A DNA stretch of 64,000 bases from Nitrospirota bacterium (lineage in GTDB: Bacteria; Nitrospirota; Thermodesulfovibrionia; Thermodesulfovibrionales; UBA9159), in assembly GCA_963699545.1 (NCBI GenBank), contig CAVOUE010000003.1, forward strand, positions 384,001-448,000, read 5' to 3'. A model generated the notes under the pieces. The model saw only the letters and a program-made list of their open reading frames with translations. It searched no databases and was not told the origin of the DNA. Shown here piece after piece: positions 39,710-47,243 of this stretch (positions within the stretch are counted from its first letter, which is position 1; every line of letters starts with the position of its first letter). The position numbers were made by a program, and so were the translations under genes.

Positions 39710-40852
39710 ATGGGAGCAAAAAAGAAAGACACGACTGAATCGGAAAGGACGAGTAACCAGAAACGTAGCTATTTGTCACAGACTGACGTGCCTGGCTTAT
39801 CCTTGGAACAAGCATTACGCGTGCCACGGGCTATCGCCGAAAACTATGCTGGAGGCCCCGTTACACCACTACAACTAGCCTCTGCGCTAAATATGACTCC
39901 GTCTTCTGGCCCCTTCAAAACTCTATGTGGTGCATCTATAGCCTACGGTTTAACTGAAGGCGGATACAATGCACAGTCAATAGCACTCACAACGCTTGGC
40001 AAGAGAATTGTAAAGCCTCTTGAGGAGAATGATGATACTGTGGCCAAACGTGAGGCAATACTAAAACCTCGTGTGCTGGGCGACTTTCTAAATAAGTACA
40101 ATGGATCTCCTCTTCCTAGACATGACATAGCAATGAATGTTCTCGAAGAAATGAAAGTGCCATCAGATAAAACGGAATCTGTTTATACCTTAATTTTAGA
40201 TAGCGCAAACTCGGTCGGACTTCTTCGTGAGATAAAAAACAAGCAGTATGTGGACCTGACAGGTGTCGATCAATCAACTGTTGTTGAGCAAGCAAGTAGC
40301 GAAACCGAAGAAGAAACAGTCAAAGGGGGAGATCGCGAACCGTCAATCGCACCAGCCTCAGCCGTTACCCAGGTAGCTTCAACACCGGGTAGTGCCTCCC
40401 GCAAGGTATTCATTACGCATGGAAAGAACAAGGAGTTCATCGAGCCAATAAAGAAGCTTCTTGGCTTCGGAGAATTAACACATATTGTATCTGTTGAGAA
40501 ACAGTCAGTTTCAAAGCCGGTTCCGGAAAAGGTTATGGATGATATGCGCAGTTGTGGAGCAGCCATCATACACGTTGAAGACGAAATGAAACTCATCGAT
40601 AAAGAAGCTAATGAGCATGTAATTATCAATCCTAACGTCCTTATTGAAATTGGCGCTGCCATGGCGCTCTATGGTCGGCGATTTATCTTGCTAGTTAAAG
40701 AAGGAGTCGAGCTTCCATCAAATCTGCAAGGATTGTACGAGGTCCGCTATAAAGGCGATATGCTAGACGGTGAAGCAACAATTAAGTTATTGGAAGCTAT
40801 TAATGACATCAAGAATAATCCGATCCCAGAACGGTACAAGAGTAATACCTGA
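39710..40852 (+). CDS. N-terminal wHTH-like domain fused to CAP12/Pycsar-type TIR domain (cassette)
   Basis: KVFITHGKN...CGAAIIHV...NPNVLIEIGAAMALYG...LPSNLQGL; bounded by TTGGGC and GCCCAAC. Confidence 0.82.
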   Translation: MGAKKKDTTESERTSNQKRSYLSQTDVPGLSLEQALRVPRAIAENYAGGPVTPLQLASALNMTPSSGPFKTLCGASIAYGLTEGGYNAQSIALTTLGKRIVKPLEENDDTVAKREAILKPRVLGDFLNKYNGSPLPRHDIAMNVLEEMKVPSDKTESVYTLILDSANSVGLLREIKNKQYVDLTGVDQSTVVEQASSETEEETVKGGDREPSIAPASAVTQVASTPGSASRKVFITHGKNKEFIEPIKKLLGFGELTHIVSVEKQSVSKPVPEKVMDDMRSCGAAIIHVEDEMKLIDKEANEHVIINPNVLIEIGAAMALYGRRFILLVKEGVELPSNLQGLYEVRYKGDMLDGEATIKLLEAINDIKNNPIPERYKSNT

Positions 40853-40887
40853 GACAGGCAAGACGGATTGAAAATATCTGCCCAACA

Positions 40888-41417
40888 CTTATAAGGCCCC
40901 CCGCTGTCAAGAGAAAAAGCGTTCCTAATCGGAAATCAGAATAAAGACATTTCCTTAATGTTCTTCAGATTGCCGGTGAGTTCCGACTTGGTTTCCGAAA
41001 GCGGCGTCAGATCAATATCTGCACCAAACACTTATCGAGGCTCGATAGCCGGTCAGCACGGAACAATGTATCAATTCCGTACTGCCGACGACAGTGGAGA
41101 GACCAATCGGTCTTGTTCTCCACGGCCTGGAAACAATTCAGAACCCTTATACCGTCCTCATCAAAGGTCTGGTTCATCCCGACTAATCGGGATCCTCCAG
41201 TTAGTATCAGGCTCGGGTAAGGGGCAGAACCTGTAACAATCTTTTATGTCTTATAGAGACCGGGCGTCCTAATCAAAAAAGATAGGCGCCGGGTATCGCA
41301 TTCCATGATGCCCTATCCATGATCGAAGCCATATACAAAGGCATGTTCTAAAGAGCATCCGTCGGACTTAACCCTAATGGCGCCAGTTAGACGCAACAGG
41401 CTCACCCGGTCCCAGCC
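40888..41417 (-). ncRNA. Candidate bridge/seek RNA region (about 530-nt non-coding end downstream of the transposase)
   Basis: Position typical of the IS1111 group; several stem-loops (41050-41088, 41094-41123, 41176-41193, 41260-41293); exact RNA bounds unknown. Confidence 0.6.
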
Positions 41418-42461
41418 TTATTTCGCAAAGAAGACTTCTGGATGAAACACCTCTTTTCTTTTCAGGATATGATAGGCAGCCCTCGCAAGCTTATGTGCCA
41501 AAATGGTCAGGGACTTCGCCTTGCCGTGCTTCCTTGCCAGTTTGTCCCGATACTTTACCGCTTCGGGGTTTCTCCTGAGGAAAAGAACGGCTGCTTCTGA
41601 GAAGGCCCATTTAAGATGTGCATTGCCGATCTTCTTGCCCGAGGTGCCGAGTTTCTTGCCTGCCGACTCCTTGGCGGATTTAACAAGTCTGCAGTATGAG
41701 ACGAAATCCTGCACTCTGGGGAAGCGGTCGATATCGTGAATCTCATAGAGAATGACCAGGCCGAGGATTCTTCCTATACCGGGTATGGAGCGAAGACGGA
41801 AATAGGAATCGGCATCATCGACCTTTGCGATAAGGGATATCTCATGTTCAACACGGTGAAGCAGTTGATCATAGTGGTCTATGAGGCCAAGATCCAGTTC
41901 GATGCTCTTTTGGACACTCATGTCGGTGAACCGTTCGGCCAAGCCTTCGCGGTTGCCTTTCTTTCCGATATTCTTCCCTATCTCCGGAAGGTTGTATTGA
42001 TGATTGGTGTTTTGCACATGGGCAAGGAGTTCGGCCCGCTTGCGGACAAGGTGCAACCTTCTTCTCAAGAGATCCCTCGTGGACCGCATTTCGGAAGGGT
42101 AGACATACGCCATAGGCATCATGCCGCCCCTTAGCAGCACCGCTATCTTATGAGCGTCTACCTTGTCGTTTTTGGCTTTGCCTCCGTGGATGGCTTTCAT
42201 GTACAGGGCATGGCCCAGGACAAACGGGATATTCTCCTTATTGCAGAGATCGGCGATCCAGTACCAGGTGAAGATGCATTCTACGGCCACGACAATGTCC
42301 TCACGATACGGCGCGATAGTCTTAAGGAAGATGTCGGGATTTGTTTTGATGTCCCGGTGCAGAACGATTCTTCCCTCCTGATTGAGGATGCAAAGGTACA
42401 TGGTCTTGGCATGCAGATCGATTCCGCAAGAAAATTTGTGCTGCTTGGTGTAAAATCTCAT
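41418..42461 (-). CDS. IS110-family DEDD recombinase/transposase
   Basis: GIDLH, AVEC, KNDKVDA (D-E-D-D); SIPGIG, ESAGK, GNAHLKWAF. Confidence 0.95.
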   Translation of the reverse strand: MRFYTKQHKFSCGIDLHAKTMYLCILNQEGRIVLHRDIKTNPDIFLKTIAPYREDIVVAVECIFTWYWIADLCNKENIPFVLGHALYMKAIHGGKAKNDKVDAHKIAVLLRGGMMPMAYVYPSEMRSTRDLLRRRLHLVRKRAELLAHVQNTNHQYNLPEIGKNIGKKGNREGLAERFTDMSVQKSIELDLGLIDHYDQLLHRVEHEISLIAKVDDADSYFRLRSIPGIGRILGLVILYEIHDIDRFPRVQDFVSYCRLVKSAKESAGKKLGTSGKKIGNAHLKWAFSEAAVLFLRRNPEAVKYRDKLARKHGKAKSLTILAHKLARAAYHILKRKEVFHPEVFFAK

Positions 42462-42687
42462 TTGAGGCCTCCTATGGGAAAAGGTTTTGGGTCCCTGAAT
42501 CATACCTGCTTCGGGTATGGTTCAGGGGGGCCTTAATGAGTATCAAATCTTTCCAGCCGACCGGTGATAAACCTAGTTGGTTTTAATAGGAAAACTAGGG
42601 ACACATCCCAGTTTTTCTTGACCACCGAGAAAAGCAAGCTTGCGATTCAATGTTTCTACTTGCCCGGCTTTCCTCTATTGCTAACGC

Positions 42688-42717
42688 TTGACAATAGTAA
42701 TGCCGCGAGTTACTATT
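42688..42717 (+). promoter_or_regulatory. higBA promoter with palindromic operator
   Basis: TTGACA-N17-TACTAT overlapped by AATAGTAA-N9-TTACTATT. Confidence 0.75.
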
Positions 42718-42721
42718 AATC

Positions 42722-43000
42722 ATGATTGTATCCTTCAAATGCCGGGATACGGAAGCCATGTTTACCGGCAAACGCATTGGGCGGTTCATCGGCATTGAGG
42801 CTGTCGCAATGCGGAAGCTCGCGTTGCTGAATGTTGCTGATAGGATAGAGGATCTGAGAGTGCCGCCTGGCAACAGACTCGAAGCTCTGAAGGGCAAACG
42901 TCAAGGGCAATGGAGCATTCGCATTAACGATCAGTGGCGGATTTGTTTTAGATTCAAGGGCGGAAGCGCCGTTGATGTGGAGATTGTTGATTACCATTGA
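42722..43000 (+). CDS. higB: HigB (RelE-family) toxin
   Basis: DLRVPPGNRLEALKG...QWSIRINDQWRICF...VEIVDYH. Confidence 0.93.
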   Translation: MIVSFKCRDTEAMFTGKRIGRFIGIEAVAMRKLALLNVADRIEDLRVPPGNRLEALKGKRQGQWSIRINDQWRICFRFKGGSAVDVEIVDYH

Positions 43001-43009
43001 GGAGGTTGC

Positions 43010-43312
43010 ATGAGAAAAAGACAGGTGCCTTATCCCACGCCGGGAGAGATACTGCTTGAAGAGTTCTTGGTACCGATGGGACTTACCCAGTATAGGCTTG
43101 CAAAAGAAATAGGCGTACCACAAAGGCGCATCGGGGAGATTATCAGCGGCAAAAGGGCAATCACCACGGACACAGGGCTTAGGCTGTCTCGGTTTTTCGG
43201 TCTGAGTGACGGATTTTGGGAGCGGTTGCAAATTGACCGCGATCTATCAGTTGCCAGGGACGAAATGGCCGATACACTTCTCAAAATTAAGCCATATAGT
43301 CACGCGCAATAG
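43010..43312 (+). CDS. higA: HigA antitoxin
   Basis: PGEILLEEFL...LTQYRLAK...RAITTDTGLRLSRFFG...FW. Confidence 0.93.
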   Translation: MRKRQVPYPTPGEILLEEFLVPMGLTQYRLAKEIGVPQRRIGEIISGKRAITTDTGLRLSRFFGLSDGFWERLQIDRDLSVARDEMADTLLKIKPYSHAQ

Positions 43313-43323
43313 AGCAGACGGGG

Positions 43324-44076
43324 TCAGGCGATCCTTGTCATGCCGATGGGATTCGGTGAGCGGCGCTTGTAGCCCCGGTCCTGCGCAAGGATGTCAAGGG
43401 GAAGGCTCATGATGTCCAGAAGATCGGCGGTGTACTCACTGAGAAGGCCCTCGTCCGCAGTCTTCAGATAGCTCTTACATTCATTGCAGAGGTCTATCCT
43501 GAACCCTTTTTCCTGTTCCACTTCGATGATCTCCAGTTTCCTCGCGTCCCTGTTCTGACAGTGAGGACATCCGACCCTGTGCCACGCGCCGCGGCTTGAA
43601 CAATAAGAACAGGAGAGAGCCTTTCCCTCTTCCCGCCTGAGGAACGAGAGGGAGGGGGCGGCATGACACACAGGACATCTTCCTTCTTCCCAGAACACGT
43701 CATGACCATTAAGGGAGCCTCTGAGCCGGAGGAAATACGGTCTGCTGATAAGGAAAAGAAGGCCCGTGAGTTCGTCCTCGTGATAGGGGAGGGAGAATGC
43801 AGGGGTTTCGTTAAGGGGCAGTCTGGAAAGATCCACCTGGCCCAACTTCATCGCTTCCTTAAGTGGAGCCAATATGTCCAGGGGTACTTCAAAGACGGAC
43901 GAAAAGGATTCAATAAGAAGATCGATGGACGACGGAGGATAGCATATATCTCCGGGAGAGGGAGCGACTGCATTCATCTTTCCCATTAACCGGTCAAACT
44001 CCGTGACCTTTTCATAAAGCCTGAGAGCATCCTTTAAATGAGGTCTTCGTTCAGCAATCTCTTTGATGGCAAACAT
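43324..44076 (-). CDS. fdhE: Formate dehydrogenase accessory protein FdhE
   Basis: CPVC, CSYC, CPHC, CNECKSYLK; LDILAQDRGY. Confidence 0.88.
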   Translation of the reverse strand: MFAIKEIAERRPHLKDALRLYEKVTEFDRLMGKMNAVAPSPGDICYPPSSIDLLIESFSSVFEVPLDILAPLKEAMKLGQVDLSRLPLNETPAFSLPYHEDELTGLLFLISRPYFLRLRGSLNGHDVFWEEGRCPVCHAAPSLSFLRREEGKALSCSYCSSRGAWHRVGCPHCQNRDARKLEIIEVEQEKGFRIDLCNECKSYLKTADEGLLSEYTADLLDIMSLPLDILAQDRGYKRRSPNPIGMTRIA

Positions 44077-44081
44077 AATGT

Positions 44082-45158
44082 TCAGGGTATTTCAGGGTAT
44101 TTCAACGACATTTCCTGACCGGCGAGTGCTTCGGTGAGAAATACCTTCAGAGAGTTCTTCTCCTCAGCAATGAGTCCCAAGGGTTTCAGCGCCTTGTTCC
44201 CCTTGCCGCCTCCTTCATTGAAGAATTCTATCACCTCATCCAGCGTCTTAAAGACGCCGTTATGCATATAGGGTGCGGTCTTTGGGATTTCCCTCAGCGT
44301 GGGCGTCCTGAATGCCTTCCAGTCTTTTCGGTCCTTGGTGATCAAATACCGGCCGGGATCTTCTGTCAGGTTCTTATAATCCTTATAATGGTAGACCTTT
44401 GCCACAAATCTCATCGTGGCCGTGACCCTTGGGTCATCCAGCAAAAGGGGGTTTTCAGGGACTTCCAGGGCATAAAACCTGTCATCAGAAAGATTAACAC
44501 CGTGATGACAGTCAGCGCATTTCCCTTTTCCCCTGAATATCTCGAGTCCCCTCTTCGCATCTTCGGACAATGCGCTCTTATCCCCTTTAAGGTACTTATC
44601 GAGAGGTGAGTTGAGGGAAATAAGGGTCCTCTCAAAGGCCGCAATCGCCATTGCGATCCTTTCCCGTGTAACAGCGCCGCCAAAGACCTTTTTGAACGCT
44701 TCGGCGTATTCCGGTACCACCCTGATCTGTTCCTCGAGATAATCGAGATTCTTGTTCATTTCGAATGCCGACATCATCGGGAAGAGCGCTTGATCTTCCA
44801 AGGTACTGACCCGGCCGTCATGAAACAGGAAGCGATAAAATGCGACGTTGATGAGCGTTGGGGAGTTTCTCCAGTTCTTTGTGGTGGGATAACTGAGGGA
44901 AATATCCTGGCCATCAGTGAACGCTATCTCAGGTATGTGGCAGGAGGCGCAGCTCATTGTGCCGTCACCTGAAAGGCGCCTGTCAAAAAAGAGCTTCTTG
45001 CCCAGTTCGATTTTCTCAGGTGTCTGAGGATTTTTCCCGGGAACGGGAACGGACTTGAAAGGTTCAAGATGTCCCGCGTATACGCCGGCCACGAAAACGA
45101 TTGTGAAAACCCATACAACAAGGGGGATGACAAAGAAAGCATATCTATTTTTTTGCAT
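44082..45158 (-). CDS. Di-haem cytochrome c peroxidase (bCcP/MauG family)
   Basis: LGKKLFFD.RLS, CASCH, RNSPT, CADCH, FRTPTLR, TAPYMHNG; N-terminal signal/TM segment. Confidence 0.92.
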   Translation of the reverse strand: MQKNRYAFFVIPLVVWVFTIVFVAGVYAGHLEPFKSVPVPGKNPQTPEKIELGKKLFFDRRLSGDGTMSCASCHIPEIAFTDGQDISLSYPTTKNWRNSPTLINVAFYRFLFHDGRVSTLEDQALFPMMSAFEMNKNLDYLEEQIRVVPEYAEAFKKVFGGAVTRERIAMAIAAFERTLISLNSPLDKYLKGDKSALSEDAKRGLEIFRGKGKCADCHHGVNLSDDRFYALEVPENPLLLDDPRVTATMRFVAKVYHYKDYKNLTEDPGRYLITKDRKDWKAFRTPTLREIPKTAPYMHNGVFKTLDEVIEFFNEGGGKGNKALKPLGLIAEEKNSLKVFLTEALAGQEMSLKYPEIP

Positions 45159-45735
45159 CTCTCAGCTCCTCGTCAATAACTTTCTTAAAAAAATCATAGG
45201 GCCTGTTCCCCGTAACCTTCCTCCCGTTTATGAAGAATGCGGGTGTCTCATAGAGGTCCATGGAAACCGCAAGTTGCTTGTCCCGCTCTATGATCCGCGC
45301 ATTTTTTTTCGTATCGAGTGATTCCGTGAATTTCTTCACGTCCAGCCCGAGCTCCTGTGCGTACTTGACAAGCTTGTCCTTGTCAAGTTGGGGAGATCTT
45401 TTCAATAAGAGCTGATGCATTTCCCAGAATTTTCCTTGGTCGCGGGCAGCGAGTGCCGCCTCGGCCGCTCCATGAGAGAAATCCCGGTACTTGTACGGGT
45501 TCATTTTCACCACAAGCCTAAGGTTTCCTTTGTAATCCTTGAGCAGTTTATCGACAGTCGGACCGACTCCCACGCAGTGGGGTCACTGGTAGTCGACAAA
45601 CTCAATCATCGTTACCCGAGCCGTGGCCTGACCGTACCCGGGCGAGTCTTCCAGAGGCACTTCGTACCTTTTATCCTGGGCAGAAGAAACGGATACCGCA
45701 AAGAACAGGGCAAGGAAAAGCAGCAGTCTTTTCAT
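45145..45735 (-). CDS. Exported DsbA/thioredoxin-fold selenoprotein (UxxC; TGA at 45583-45585 read as Sec)
   Basis: Signal peptide, then EFVDYQ-TGA-PHC in frame with downstream AAEAALAARDQGKFWEMH...ETPAFFING. Confidence 0.85.
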
Positions 45736-45847
45736 CGTCTTCCTTTCTCCAGTTAAATGATCCCCCCACATCACGTTCTCCGTCACGTGACATGGGGGGA
45801 TTAGTTCTATCCGAGATCGTTCTCTTTCCGGCTAAGAAGGGGCCGGC

Positions 45848-46466
45848 TCAGGATTTATGCGCGTGACCCTCCACTTCGGCTATCCATTTTGGATGCCTCT
45901 TTCTGGCCCAATTGTATGGAACGGTTCCGTATATCATTATCCTCAAGGTCCCGGGGTTTGCAAGCGACCCCAGGTAGATGTGGGCAGGTACCGCCATCAT
46001 CAGAACGACAAAACTGACATTGTGAATCAGGTGGGCGTACATCACCAGCTGTTTGTCTCCCGACATGAGCCAGAAGACGAAACCCGATGCCGAAATGCCG
46101 ATTCCGAAGACGAGAACGGCGAGATAAAAGAACTTCTGGCCCGTATTCAGCTTTCCCATAGGGGGCGTTTTTACCTTATGGGAGAGATAGCCGCCGGCCA
46201 CCGTTATCCATCTGATATCGTCAGCATCAAAGGTGAGAGACTCTTTAAGGTAAAAGAAAATGGTAAGGAAGAGGGAGACCGAGAAGGCGACACCGATATA
46301 GTTGTGCCACGTCCTCATCGAGTTGAAACCACCGAAAAATGATCCGATTCCCTCTATATGGAACAGGAACCCGTATCCCTGGACCGAGAGGACGATGCAG
46401 CTTATAGCCAGCACCCAATGGTTCACGATTTCGAACGCGTCTGGACTTTCTGATCATCTTATCCAT
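45848..46466 (-). CDS. fdnI: Formate dehydrogenase cytochrome b (gamma) subunit (5' frameshift)
   Basis: NHW, WHNYIG, GKLNTGQK, HNVS, HIYLG, WARKRHPKW. Confidence 0.88.
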
Positions 46467-47232
46467 TTTTCTTTTCCTCCTCTTCGGATTCTTTGTGAGG
46501 ACCGATGGCAACGTAATGGATATGGATGCAGCCGCTACGCCTCCGAGTCCTATGTAGGCGAGGGGCTTAAGGACCTTGTGCCAGAAGACAATCGACTTCG
46601 GGTATGGCCGGTTTTTCGTTCATCCCGTAGAGTTTCGGAGCATCCTTGAATGCATAGAGCGCACCGAGTCCACCGAGGTCCGACTGTCCGTAAAGCTTTG
46701 CATAGCCCACTTTCTGGGCCGAAGCTGATAAGATCCCGTCCCTGTCGCCGTATTTCAGAGCGCCCGTGGGACAGGTCTTTGTGCATGCGGGCTGAAGCCC
46801 ATTTGCGATCCTGTCAAAGCAGAGATGGCATTTCGATATCTTGTCTTTCTCATCGTAGCGCGGAACATTAAAGGGACATCCCGCAGACACAGAGCTTGCA
46901 TCCGATGCATTTGTCCTTATTGATCCCGACCGCACCTTCCTTTGTTCTGTACAGGGCCCCGGAGGACGGACAGATCTTCATGCAGCCCGCATCGTCGCAG
47001 TGCATGCAGCGCTGGTTCACGAAAGAGCCACCGCTCGACGTCTTTTGTCAGAGGGCACCTCAAGATAGTGGATCTTGTTGTAAAGATGCGGGGTGAGCTC
47101 GGGCGGATTTTCAAAGCCTCCCCTGTTGACTGTCTTGTCGCCAGGAAGCTGGTTCCATGACTTGCAGGCAACCTGACAGGCCCTGCATCCTATACACAAT
47201 TCCGGTGAAACGAGTATTCCCATTCTTGCCAT
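46459..47232 (-). CDS. fdnH: Formate dehydrogenase Fe-S (beta) subunit (frameshifted)
   Basis: CIGCRACQVACKSWN; CPFNVPRY; KCHLCFDRI..GLQPACTKTCPTGA. Confidence 0.9.
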
Positions 47233-47243
47233 AATATCACCCC

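Larger units (their letters stand above)
40888..42545 (-). mobile_element. IS110-family (IS1111 group) insertion sequence inserted in an attC site
   Basis: 11-bp sub-terminal IRs TAAGGCCCCCC (40892) / GGGGGGCCTTA (42525); CA core at both junctions; empty site rebuilds GCCCAACAAATCTTTCCAGCCGAC. Confidence 0.88.

Noticed and set aside
40958-41236. 92-aa ORF inside the IS, a possible passenger gene
   Set aside because: It is antisense to the transposase, has no motif, and lies in the hairpin-rich non-coding end.
42546-42680. Complete right arm of the IS-interrupted attC
   Set aside because: The left arm is clear, but I could not identify a matching L'/R' GTTRRRY end, so the site may be truncated.
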